The translations under genes were made by a program, and so were the position numbers. A DNA stretch of 64,000 nt, from contig OZ024766.1 of the NCBI GenBank assembly GCA_964016885.1, positions 18,476,001 through 18,540,000 of the forward strand, in the 5' to 3' direction. This document shows, in pieces, positions 30,390 to 42,704 of this stretch (its first letter is position 1; every line of letters starts with the position of its first letter). Under the pieces are notes generated by a model, which was given only the letters and a program-made list of their open reading frames with translations, searched no databases and was not told the origin of the DNA. This DNA comes from Eledone cirrhosa. Its lineage: Eukaryota.

Positions 30390-33180
30390 GTACTCTATAT
30401 ATACTATTGTATTTTCATGGTAAAGGCTTTACCTCACATAATATCTCACATAACATTTACATTACTCTATATATACTATTGTATTGTCACAGTAAAGGCT
30501 TTACCTCACATAATATCTCACATAACATTTACATTACTCTATATATACTATTGTATTGTCACAGTAAAGGCTTTACCTCACATAATACCTCGCATAACAT
30601 TTACATACTCTATATATACTATTGTATTGTCACAGTAAAGGCTTTACCTCACATAATACCTCACATAACATTTACATTACTCTATATATACTATTGTATT
30701 GTCACAGTAAAGGCTTTACCTCACATAATATCTCACATAACATTTACATTACTCTATATATACTATTGTATTGTCACAGTAAAGGCTTTACCTCACATAA
30801 TACCTCACATAACATTTACATTACTCTATATATACTATTGTATTGTCACAGTAAAGGCTTTACCTCACATAATACCTCACATAACATCTACATTACTCTA
30901 TATATACTATTGTATTGTCACAGTAAAGGCTTTACCTCACATAATACCTCACATAACATTTACATTACTCTATATATACTATTGTATTGTCACAGTCAAG
31001 GCTTTACCTCACATAATACCTCACATAACATTTACATTACTCTATATATACTATTGTATTGTCACAGTAAAGGCTTTACCTCACATAATACCTCACATAA
31101 CATCTACATTACTCTATATATACTATTGTATTGTCACAGTAAAGGCTTTACCTCACATAATACCTCACATAACATTTACATTACTCTATATATACTATTG
31201 TATTGTCACAGTAAAGGCTTTACCTCACATAATACCTCACATAACATTTACATTACTCTATATATACTATTGTATTGTCACAGTAAAGGCTTTACCTCAC
31301 ATAATATCTCACATAACATTTACATTACTCTATATATACTATTGTATTTTCACAGTAAAGGCTTTACCTCACATAATACCTCACATAACATTTACATTAC
31401 TCTATATATACTATTGTATTTTCACAGTAAAGGCTTTACCTCACATAATACCTCACATAACATTTACATTACTCTATATATACTATTGTATTGTCACAGT
31501 AAAGGCTTTACCTCACATAATATCTCACATAACATTTACATTACTCTATATATACTATTGTATTGTCACAGTAAAGGCTTTACCTCACATAATATCTCAC
31601 ATAACATTTACATTACTCTATATATACTATTGTATTGTCACAGTAAAGGCTTTACCTCACATAATACCTCACATAACATTTACATTACTCTATATATACT
31701 ATTGTATTGTCACAGTAAAGGCTTTACCTCACATAATATCTCGCATAACATTTACATTACTCTATATATACTATTGTATTGTCACAGTAAAGGCTTTACC
31801 TCACATAATATCTCGCATAACATTTACATTACTCTATATATACTATTGTATTGTCACAGTAAAGGCTTTACCTCACATAATATCTCACATAACATTTACA
31901 TTACTCTATATATACTATTGTATTGTCACAGTAAAGGCTTTACCTCACATAATACCTCACATAACATTTACATTACTCTATATATACTATTGTATTGTCA
32001 CAGTAAAGGCTTTACCTCACATAATACCTCACATAACATTTACATTACTCTATATATACTATTGTATTGTCACAGTAAAGGCTTTACCTCACATAATATC
32101 TCACATAACATTTACATTACTCTATATATACTATTGTATTGTCACAGTAAAGGCTTTACCTCACATAATACCTCACATAACATTTACATTACTCTATATA
32201 TACTATTGTATTGTCACAGTAAAGGCTTTACCTCACATAATATCTCACATTACATTTACATTACTCTATATATACTATTGTATTGTCACAGTAAAGGCTT
32301 TACCTCACATAATATCTCACATAACATTTACATTACTCTATATATACTATTGTATTGTCACAGTAAAGGCTTTACCTCACATAATATCTCACATAACATT
32401 TACATTACTCTATATATACTATTGTATTGTCACAGTAAAGGCTTTACCTCACATAATACCTCACATAACATTTACATTACTCTATATATACTATTGTATT
32501 GTCACAGTAAAGGCTTTACCTCACATAATATCTCACATAACATTTACATTACTCTATATATACTATTGTATTGTCACAGTAAAGGCTTTACCTCACATAA
32601 TATCTCACATAACATTTACATTACTCTATATATACTATTGTATTGTCACAGTAAAGGCTTTACCTCACATAATATCTCACATAACATTTACATTACTCTA
32701 TATATACTATTGTATTGTCACAGTAAAGGCTTTACCTCACATAATATCTCACATAACATTTACATTACTCTATATATACTATTGTATTGTCACAGTAAAG
32801 GCTTTACCTCACATAATACCTCACATAACATTTACATTACTCTATATATACTATTGTATTGTCACAGTAAAGGCTTTACCTCACATAATATCTCACATAA
32901 CATTTACATTACTCTATATATACTATTGTATTGTCACAGTAAAGGCTTTACCTCACATAATACCTCACATAACATTTACATTACTCTATATATACTATTG
33001 TATTGTCACAGTAAAGGCTTTACCTCACATAATACCTCACATAACATTTACATTACTCTATATATACTATTGTATTGTCACAGTAAAGGCTTTACCTCAC
33101 ATAATACCTCACATAACATCTACATTACTCTATATATACTATTGTATTGTCACAGTAAACACTTTACCTCACACAACATT
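30390..33180. repeat. 72-bp satellite array 1 (tactctatatatactattgtattgtcacagtaaaggctttacctcacataatatctcacataacatttacat), about 39 copies
   Basis: Period 72; followed by the MITE right end aatgctaaaggg at about 33242-33253. Confidence 0.97.
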
Positions 33181-33299
33181 GAATCTATGATATTATTTAT
33201 TTTCGAGAACAATACCCTAACATAAGTATGGGTGGTTGGATAATGCTAAAGGGTTAGAATGGGTGGTTTTGTTTCATAAGAACCAGGGCCGAGAACTAA

Positions 33300-34770
33300 A
33301 GAGTTAAATTGGAACCCTTTAAAACGGGTGGTTTTATTTCATAGATCACAGCTGGTTTAGCCAGGGCTAGTCTCTCAAGCATTAAACTGGAACCCTTTAA
33401 AATGGGTGCCTTTATTTCATAGAACCAGGGCTGGTCTTTCAAGGGTTAAATAAGAACCCTTTAAAATGGGTGGTCTTTGAGGGGTTCAACTGGAACCCTT
33501 TAAAATGGGTGCTTTTATTTCATAGATCCAGGGCTGGTCTTTCAAGGGTTAAATAAGAACCCTTTTAAAATGGGTGGTCTTTGAGGGGTTCAACTGGAAC
33601 CCTTTAAAATGGGTGGGTTTAGTCAAGGCTAGTCTTTCAAGGGTTAAATAAGAACCCTTTAAAATGGGTGGTCTTTGAGGGGTTCAACTGGAACCCTTTA
33701 AAATGGGTGGTCTGTCAGGGTTTCAACTAGAACCCTTTCAAAATGGGTGGTCTCTGAGGGGTTCAACTGGAACCCTTTAAAATGGGAGGTCTCTGAGGGG
33801 TTCAACTAGAACCCTTTTAAAATGGGTGGTCTTTGAGGGGTTCAACTGGAACCCTTTAAAATGGGTGGTCTGTCAGGGTTTCAACTAGAACCCTTTCAAA
33901 ATGGGTGGTCTCTGAGGGGTTCAACTGGAACCCTTTAAAATGGGAGGTCTCTGAAGGGTTCAACTAGAACCCTTTTAAAATGGGTGGTCTTTGAGGGGTT
34001 CAACTGGAACCCTTTAAAATGGGTGGTCTGTCAGGGTTTCAACTAGAACCCTTTCAAAATGGGTGGTCTCTGAGGGGTTCAACTGGAACCCTTTAAAATG
34101 GGAGGTCTCTGAGGGGTTCAACTAGAACCCTTTTAAAATGGGTGGTCTTTGAGGGGTTCAACTGGAACCCTTTAAAATGGGTGGTCTGTCAGGGTTTCAA
34201 CTAGAACCCTTTCAAAATGGGTGGTCTCTGAGGGGTTCAACTGGAACCCTTTAAAATGGGAGGTCTCTGAGGGGTTCAACTAGAACCCTTTTAAAATGGG
34301 TGGTCTTTGAGGGGTTCAACTGGAACCCTTTAAAATGGGTGGTCTGTCAGGGTTTCAACTAGAACCCTTTCAAAATGGGTGGTCTCTGAGGGGTTCAACT
34401 GGAACCCTTTAAAATGGGAGGTCTCTGAGGGGTTCAACTAGAACCCTTTTAAAATGGGTGGTCTGTCAGGGTTTCAACTGGAACCCTTTCAAAATGGGTG
34501 GTCTCTGAGGAGTTCAACTGGAACCCTTTAAAATGGGTGGTCTCTCAGGGGTTCAACTAGAACCCTTTTAAAATGGGTGGTCTCTCAGGGGTTCAACTAG
34601 AACCCTTTTAATTGGGTGGTCTGTCAGGGTTTCAACTAGAACCCTTTCAAAATGGGTGGTCTCTGAGGAGTTCAACTGGAACCCTTTAAAATGGGAGGTC
34701 TCTCAGGGGTTCAACTAGAACCCTTTCAAAATGGGTGGTCTCTCAGGGGTTCAACTAGAACCCTTTAAAT
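33300..34770. repeat. Minisatellite of about 39-40 bp with a 158-bp higher-order repeat
   Basis: Unit gaggggttcaactggaaccctttaaaatgggtggtct; the variant pattern recurs at 33675, 33833, 33991, 34149 and 34307. Confidence 0.92.
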
Positions 34771-34810
34771 GCAGTTAAAGATGATGTCTTTTTTGTTTGT
34801 TTTCCTTCAG

Positions 34811-34878
34811 CTTTCTGGCGCCTTGTATTGTGCATGAGTATTGTCTATGAACTTAATCTTGTGTTCCTGTTGTTCCAG
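34811..34878 (+). CDS. PTDSS2: PTDSS2 coding exon 4 (AFWRLVLCMSIVYELNLVFLLFQ)
   Basis: ccttcag acceptor, gtaagt donor, 68 nt; matches [23 protein letters not shown]. Confidence 0.96.
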
Positions 34879-34883
34879 GTAAG

Positions 34884-36108
34884 TTACACCTTTAGGGGCC
34901 TTACCACATGACCCCTTAGGTCCTCTACCACATGACACCTTAGGTCCCCTACCACATGACACCTTACGTCCCCTACCACATGACACCTTAGGTCCCCTAC
35001 CACATGACATCTTAGGTCCCCTACCACATGACACCTTAGGTCCCCTACCACATGACCCCTTAGGTCCCCTACCACATGACACCTTAGGTCCCCTACCACA
35101 TGACACCTTAGGTCCCCTACCACATGACATCTTAGGTCCCCTACCACATGACATCTTAGGTCCCCTACCACATGACATCTTAGGTCCCCTACCACATGAC
35201 ATCTTAGGTCCCCTACCACATGACACCTTAGGTCCCCTACCACATGACACCTTAGGTCCTCTACCACATGACCCCTTAGGTCCTCTACCACATGACATCT
35301 TAGGTCCCCTACCACATGACCCCTTAGGTCCCCTACCACATGACATCTTAGGTCCCCTACCACATGACATCTTAGGTCCCCTACCACATGACACCTTAGG
35401 TCCTCTACCACATGACCCCTTAGGTCCTCTACCACATGACCCCTTAGGTCCTCTACCACATGACATCTTAGGTCCCCTACCACATGACACCTTAGGTCCC
35501 CTACCACATGACATCTTAGGTCCTCTACCACATGACCCCTTAGGTCCTCTACCACGACACCTTAGGTCCCCTACCACATGACACCTTAGGTCCCCTACCA
35601 CATGACACCTTAGGTCCTCTACCACGACACCTTAGGTCCCCTACCACGACACCTTACGTCCTCTACCACATGACCCCTTAGGTCCTCTACCACATGACAC
35701 CTTAGGTCCCCTACCACATGACACCTTACGTCCCCTACCACATGACACCTTAGGTCCCCTACCACATGACATCTTAGGTCCCCTACCACATGACATCTTA
35801 GGTCCCCTACCACATGACACCTTAGGTCCCCTACCACATGACATCTTAGGTCCTCTACCACATGACCCCTTAGGTCCTCTACCACATGACACCTTAGGTC
35901 CCCTACCACGACACCTTACGTCCTCTACCACATGACACCTTAGGTCCCCTACCACATGACCCCTTACGTCCCCTACCACATGACCCCTTAGGTCCCCTAC
36001 CACATGACACCTTAGGTCCTCTACCACATGACACCTTACGTCCCCTACCACATGACCCCTTAGGTCCCCTACCACATGACACCTTAGGTCCTCTACCACA
36101 TGACACCT
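34884..36108. repeat. 24-bp minisatellite (ccttaggtcccctaccacatgaca), about 50 copies, directly after the exon 4 donor
   Basis: Direct inspection. Confidence 0.97.
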
Positions 36109-36109
36109 T

Positions 36110-37120
36110 TCCTACATACTGAGCAAGGCTATTTCCCTGAGGGTATCTGGGTTCTGTTTTCTCGTCTACTTACAAGGACCTTAGTCTTTGTGAGGTTGAC
36201 TTTGAGACCCTTTCTTTCTAGTCCCTGCTTCCAAGTTTGGAATTTATTCTCTAGTTCTACCATAGATTCAGCTATAAGTGCGAGGTCATCAGCATACAGG
36301 AGTTCCCATGGGCATCTGGTCTTAAACTCCTCCATTATTGCCTGCAAAACTATGATGAACAGGAGAGGGCTAAGAACAGAGCCCTGGTGGACCCCAACCT
36401 GTACGCTAAATTCCTCGCTATACTCATTGCTAATCCTAACTTTGCTGACTGCTCCCCTATACATGGCTTGTACCGCTTTCACAAGCCATTCATCTATTCC
36501 TAGTTTTCTAAGAGCCCACCAGATTATAGCACGGGGAACTCTGTCAAAGGCTTTCTCAAGATCGACGAATGCCAAGTAGAGTGGCTTACTTTTAGCTAGG
36601 TACTTTTCCTGTAATTGCCTCACAAGGAAGAGGGCATCAGTGGTGCCTCTTCCTGGTACAAACCCAAATTGCATCTCGTCTAGTTTCACCCGGTCCCTAA
36701 TCAGCTGTGCTATAACTCTTTCTGTTACTTTCATGACCTGGTCCATCAGCTTTATACCTCTATAGTTTCCTCTATCTAGTGCATCGCCTTTACGAGGGCA
36801 TCAGTGGTGCCTCTTCCTGGCACAAACCCAAATTGCATCTCGTCTAGTTTCACCCGGTCCCTAATCAGCTGTGCTATAACTCTTTCTGTTACTTTCATGA
36901 CCTGGTCCTTCAGCTTTATACCTCTATAGTTTCCTCTATCTAGTGCATCGCCTTTATGAGGGCATCAGTGGTGCCTCTTCCTGGTACAAACCCAAATTGC
37001 ATCTCGTCTATTTTCACCCGGTCCCTAATCAGCTGTGCTATAACTCTTTCTGTTACTTTCATGACCTGGTCCATCAGCTTTATACCTCTATAGTTTCCTC
37101 TATCTAGTGCATCACCTTTA
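36110..37120 (-). mobile_element. RTE-clade LINE reverse-transcriptase fragment with a 3x tandem duplication of about 165 bp; resumes at 37483-37560
   Basis: NYRGIKL, QFGFVPGRGTTDA, FVDLEKAFDRVPR, GVHQGSVLSPLLF, LLYADDLAL. Confidence 0.96.
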
Positions 37121-37482
37121 AGTATCACTTTAGAAGGAGAATCAGGGTGGAGAGAGAGGCACTGCACCCCAGTAAATTTACTGAAAGGTGAGTGAATGAA
37201 GCGAAAATGGCCCGAGTGATTGGGCCTTCTCTGTTTATAAGCCTGTAGGTTGAGGAAGAGAGCAAAAGGAAGAAAGGAGCACTTGCATAACACGCTCCTC
37301 GAGTTGAGGGTTGTTCTATCTACGGGGTATTAAACAACCCATTTGTGGCGCCTCCCCCCTATTGGGGATTTCGATTGTTGAAATTGTTTGTTTTTATATT
37401 TTTTACACGACTGTATGTAAAATCCCCGGCATGTCTTTGTATTGTCCCCTTTCTTGTTGCGCCCTTGTGGCTAATAAAGAAA
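37121..37482 (+). mobile_element. 5'-truncated Tx1/L1-like insertion with 22-bp TSD
   Basis: tctatctagtgcatcaccttta at both 37099-37120 and 37483-37504; the insert ends aataaagaaa. Confidence 0.88.
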
Positions 37483-37697
37483 TCTATCTAGTGCATCACC
37501 TTTACCTTTGTAGCAGTTGACAATGATGCTACTGCACCAATCTTTTGGTATGACACCTTCTAGTATTACCTGGTTGCATGTGTGTGTGTATATATATATA
37601 GTGTGTGTGTGTATATATATATAGTGTGTGTGTGTATATATATATATATAGTGTGTGTGTGTATATATATATAGTGTGTGTGTGTATATATATATAT

Positions 37698-37730
<33 letters not shown>

Positions 37731-38211
37731 TTTTTTTTTCTGGCCCCCCAAAGTTCCTAGTTCCTCTCTCTGCCCCTCTTTCTCTCCTCTCTTTTCAATT
37801 TGGCTACTAATTCTAGTAGTGGTAGTGGTGGTAGTAGTAGTGTTGCTGGTTTGATCTTGAGATGTGGCTGTGATTTCTTGCTTGTAGTAGTAGTAGTAAT
37901 ACTACTACTACTATATTTAGTAGTAGTAGTAATACTACTACTACTATATTTAGTAGTAGTAGTAGTAGTAGTAGTGGTGTTTTTGTTTGTTTTTCCTCTT
38001 TTGTTTTGAGGGCAATTTACCTGCCATTTTACTCACCACCACCACCACCATCCCACCACCATCACCACCACCACCACCCTCACCACCCTCACCACTACCA
38101 CCACCATCATCACCACCACCCCTCACCACCTCCACCCTCAGCACCCTCACCACCACCACCATCACCACCATCACCACCACCATTCTCATCTCTTCTCCTA
38201 TATTTCACCAG

Positions 38212-38343
38212 TCTGTCCATGATGCTCGTCAGTTGATGACCCACTTAGACCCCAAACTGGGGTTACCTCTGCCGGAGAAGGATTACGGAGGCAACTGTTT
38301 TATATACGATTCCAATCACACAGATCCTTTTCATAATTTAAAG
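38212..38343 (+). CDS. PTDSS2: PTDSS2 coding exon 5 ([44 protein letters not shown])
   Basis: ttcaccag acceptor, gtaaaa donor, 132 nt; DPKLGxPLPExDYGGNC motif. Confidence 0.97.
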
Positions 38344-38637
38344 GTAAAAACCTTTTTTTTTTTTTTTTTTACTTTTACTTCCTTACCTAACCTCTGCCCT
38401 CTTCTAGCACAATACCTGTAAAAAAAAACCCAAACAATTTAACCCCTTTAATAACAAACCAACCCTGGTTCTATGAAATTAAACCCTTTTAAAGGGTCTC
38501 TATTTAAATTAAAATCTTCCAACACAATTTTATATAAGAACCTTACATTAAGTTACTATGTTAGTAATGAAATAATTTTAGTAAACCCCTCAAATTTTCA
38601 TTAGTTAATTGAAATACAGGGTTCTGATTTAAATTAA

Positions 38638-39658
38638 CCCTTTAGCATTCACATTACTCTATATATACTATTGTATTGTCACAGTAAAGGCTTTACCTCG
38701 CATAATATCTCACATAACATTTACATTACTCTATATATACTATTGTACTATCACAATAAAGGCTTTACCTCACATAATATCTCACATAACATTTACATTA
38801 CTCTATATATACTATTGTATTGTCACAGTAAAGGCTTTACCTCACATAATATCTCACATAACATTTACATTACTCTATATATACTATTGTATTGTCACAG
38901 TAAAGGCTTTACCTCACATAATATCTCACATAACATTTACATTACTCTATATATACTATTGTATTATCACAATAAAGGCTTTACCTCACATAATATCTCA
39001 CATAACATTTACATTACTCTATATATACTATTGTATTGTCACAGTAAAGGCTTTACCTCACATAATATCTCACATAACATTTACATTACTCTATATATAC
39101 TATTGTATTGTCACAGTAAAGGCTTTACCTCACATAATATCTCACATAACATTTACATTACTCTATATATACTATTGTATTGTCACAGTAAAGGCTTTAC
39201 CTCACATAATACCTCACATAACATTTACATTACTCTATATATACTATTGTATTGTCACAGTAAAGGCTTTACCTCACATAATATCTCGCATAACATTTAC
39301 ATTACTCTATATATACTATTGTATTGTCACAGTAAAGGCTTTACCTCACATAATACCTCACATAACATTACATTACTCTATATATACTATTGTATTGTCA
39401 CAGTAAAGGCTTTACCTCACATAATACCTCACATAACATTTACATTACTCTATATATACTATTGTATTTTCACAGTAAATGCTTTACCTCACATATCTCA
39501 CATAATTTGTTCACATAATATTAAATCTATGAGATTTTGATGTTATTTGTTTTGAGAACAATACCTTAACATCAGTATGAGTGGCTGATTACAGCCGGTT
39601 TGAACAGAAAGAGGTGAGAGAATTCTGGCCAGATACGGCCGGTTTAAATGCTAAAGGG
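38638..39658. mobile_element. piggyBac-like non-autonomous element (TTAA TSD, CCCTTTAGCATT TIRs) carrying about 12 copies of the 72-bp satellite
   Basis: ttaa-ccctttagcatt from 38634 and aatgctaaaggg-ttaa at 39647-39662. Confidence 0.78.
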
Positions 39659-39770
39659 TTAAAATCTTCCAACATAATTTTATGTAAGAACCTACCTTAA
39701 GTTACTTTCTTAGTAATGAAATATTTAATAATTTTAATAAGTCTCTCTCTGATCTTTTCTATAACCCTAG

Positions 39771-39821
39771 GATAAGATGGATGGTTTTGTGGTCACACAT
39801 TTCCTTGGCTGGTGGTTAAAG
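39771..39821 (+). CDS. PTDSS2: PTDSS2 coding exon 6 (DKMDGFVVTHFLGWWLK)
   Basis: ccctag acceptor, gtaaga donor, 51 nt; matches DKLDGFVPAHFLGWYLK. Confidence 0.96.
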
Positions 39822-39864
39822 GTAAGAAACTCGTGTATATTTCTCTCTTAACAATGCTTATATA

Positions 39865-39971
39865 CAGGGTGTCCCCAAAAAATGTATACACACTTTGATT
39901 ACCTGTACAGGCAATATTTATTAGAATGCTGTTGAAGTGTGTATACATTTTTTTTGTGGGGGACATGCTCT
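39865..39971. mobile_element. Small Tc1/mariner-type MITE
   Basis: ta-cagggtgtccccaaaaaatgtatacacac is inversely matched by gtgtgtatacattttttttgtgggggacatgctc-ta. Confidence 0.55.
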
Positions 39972-40642
39972 ATATATATATATATATATATTATGTTGGG
40001 TCACTCTTGAGTGCTACTGGTAACATGTAACCCTGTACAACCTGTCACATGGTTGGGTGGTCAGCGACTAAACCAGCAACCCCACCAAGTATATTTGGTG
40101 AGGAGGGTGATATTTGGACACCCTGCAGGACAAAAAACAAAACCTGACAAAGGGCAGAAGAACTCATAAGAGTCAACAGCCATCCAAAATTGTGTATATA
40201 TATATATACACATGTACATATGTATGTATATGTATATGTGTATATGCATGGGTAAATGTGTATGTATATATGCGCGGGGACTTAGAAATAGTTGGGCTGG
40301 ACACCCGATCGCGCGGTTAAACCACTGGGAGTGAAGGACCCCTAGCCTTTGTCAGGGCATTCTTCTAGGAGAAGGCAACTCAGGAAACTGGGATAACTCC
40401 GATATAAAACCTGCGGCTCAGGAGTTACCCATGATGTTGAGCTTTTCTTCTTTTCAGGTTATAGCTACTGTCTCTCAGAGAGTGGGATTGGCTCAGTGCA
40501 CAGTCTTTCCTCACTTTAAAACATATCTTCACACACAGGCATTGCACGATAGAATTAATTAATAATTATTAATAATGGTATATCGTGCAATGGCCATACT
40601 CGATAACGAGGGGGGCAGCCATCATATATATATATATGTGTG

Positions 40643-40685
<43 letters not shown>

Positions 40686-40706
40686 TCTCTTTTACTTCTC
40701 ATTCTA

Positions 40707-40742
40707 TCTTCTGATGAAGGATTTGTGTCTGAAATGTTAAGA
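40707..40742 (+). ncRNA. Degenerate minimal type I hammerhead (Penelope-type)
   Basis: TCTT-CTGATGA-AGGATTTGTGTCT-GAAA-TGTT-AAGA; resembles the GAAACGTN minimal motif after CpG decay. Confidence 0.5.
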
Positions 40743-40831
40743 CTCTTTCCCTCTGTTATTTCAAGCATGAAACTAATATATTTCTTTATTGTACTGTGTT
40801 GTTTTGCTGTTCCTGTTTACTTTTTACATAC

Positions 40832-40935
<104 letters not shown>

Positions 40936-40979
40936 GTGTGTGTATTTGTATACATGCGTGTTTCTGTAAATGCCTACAT

Positions 40980-41470
40980 TTCACCACCACTACACTACAC
41001 CACACCACACTACACCACTACCTCTACACCACACCACACCACACTACACCACCACCACCTCTACACCACCACCACCACCACACTACACTACACACTACAC
41101 GACACGACACTACACCACACTACCACCACACCACACCACCACCTCTACACCACCACCTCTACACCACACTACACCACCACCACCACTACACCACACTACA
41201 CTACACCACACTACACTACACCACACTACATCACACCACACCACACCACACTACACCACCACACTACACTACACTACACTACACTACACTACACTACACT
41301 ACACTACACTACACTACACTACACTACACTACACTACACTACACTACACCACCACCTCTACACCACACCACACCACACCACACTACACCACCACCACTAC
41401 ACCAAACTACACTACACCACACTACACCACCACCACCACACCACACCACACCACCACCACCACTACACCC
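40980..41470. repeat. (CACTA)n/(CAC)n tract
   Basis: Direct inspection. Confidence 0.92.
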
Positions 41471-41488
41471 CCCTCTCTCTATTTCCAG

Positions 41489-41602
41489 ACACTCATCCTA
41501 CGAGACTGGTGGCTATGTACAGTACTAAGTATCATGTTTGAAGTCCTCGAGTATACCTTGGAGCATCAACTACCAAACTTCAGTGAGTGCTGGTGGGACC
41601 AC
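41489..41602 (+). CDS. PTDSS2: PTDSS2 coding exon 7 ([38 protein letters not shown])
   Basis: tttccag acceptor, gtatgt donor, 114 nt; conserved PSS motif [11 protein letters not shown]. Confidence 0.98.
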
Positions 41603-41644
41603 GTATGTATAGTATATATTATTATATAGCCCCCTCTCTATATA

Positions 41645-42455
41645 TATCATCATCATCATCATTTTACGTCTACTTTTCCCTGCTTGCAAGGGTGGGACGG
41701 GAACTGATTCTGGCTTGATTTCTACAGCTGGATGCCCTTCCTAACACCAACCTCATTTACAGTGAGTGCTGGGTGCTTTTTTGGTGTGGCACCTCCACGA
41801 CCACTTTACAGTGAGTGCTGGGTGCTTTTTTGGTGTGGCACCTCCACGACCACTTTACAGTGAGTGCTGGGTGCTTCTTTGCCGTGGCACCTCCACGACC
41901 ACTTTACAGTGAGTGCTGGGTGCTTTTTTGCTGTGGCACCTCCACGACCACTTTACAGTGAGTGCTGGATGCTTTTTTGCCGTGGCACCTCCACGACCAC
42001 TTTACAGTGAGTGCTGGGTGCTTTTTTTGCCGTGGAACCTCCACGACCACTTCACAGTGAGTGCTGGGTGCTTCTTTGCCGTGGCACCTCCACGACCACT
42101 TTACAGTGAGTGCTGGGTGCTTTTTTGCTGTGGCACCTCCACGACCACTTTACAGTGAGTGCTGGGTGCTTTTTTGCCGTGGCACCTCCACGACCACTTT
42201 ACAGTGAGTGCTGGGTGCTTTTTTGCCGTGGCACCTCCACAACCGCTTTACAGTGTGGGCTGGGTGCTTTTTTGCTGTGGCACCTCCACGACCACTTTAC
42301 AGTGGAATGATAGGGACCCCAGTCCCTATCATCTCATTTCTACAGCTGAGTAAACTGGAGCAATGTGAAATAAAGTATCTTGCTCAAGGAAACAACACAT
42401 CACCCGGTCTGAGAATTGAACTCACAACCTTTCAATTGCAAGCCCAATGCTCTAA
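41645..42455 (-). mobile_element. SINE (family of 17164) with an internal 48-49 bp unit expanded about 11 times
   Basis: Unit tttacagtgagtgctgggtgcttttttgccgtggcacctccacgaccac. Confidence 0.88.
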
Positions 42456-42499
42456 TGAAAAAGGAGAAAATTAGTGATGGAAATATAAACCTCATATAA

Positions 42500-42677
42500 C
42501 CTTTTGGCACAAAGCAAGTAATTACCCCAGTGTATTACTGGTACTTTATTTTATCAACCCTGTAAGGATGAAAGGCAAAGTTAAACTCGGCGGGATTTGA
42601 ACTCGGAACGTAAAGGGACGTAACTCTATTCTGGTAAGCATGTCCGACCCTCTACTGATACTGCTAATTCACCGCCC
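42500..42677 (-). mobile_element. Nin-domain SINE copy
   Basis: actggtactttattttatcaaccctgtaaggatgaaaggcaaag...ggatttgaactc is the reverse complement of the 6103 family. Confidence 0.78.
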
Positions 42678-42704
42678 TTATATAATGATGTAAATATATG
42701 AATG

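Noticed and set aside
30356-33225. 944-aa and 867-aa ORFs of 24-aa repeats (also 38671-39540, 34807-36106, 52835-54041)
   Set aside because: Satellite units with length divisible by 3, open in several frames at once, located in introns or a MITE.
41581-41593. Exon 7 shares cagtgagtgctgg with the adjacent SINE repeat unit
   Set aside because: The 13-nt match encodes the deeply conserved SECW motif, so it is most likely coincidence.
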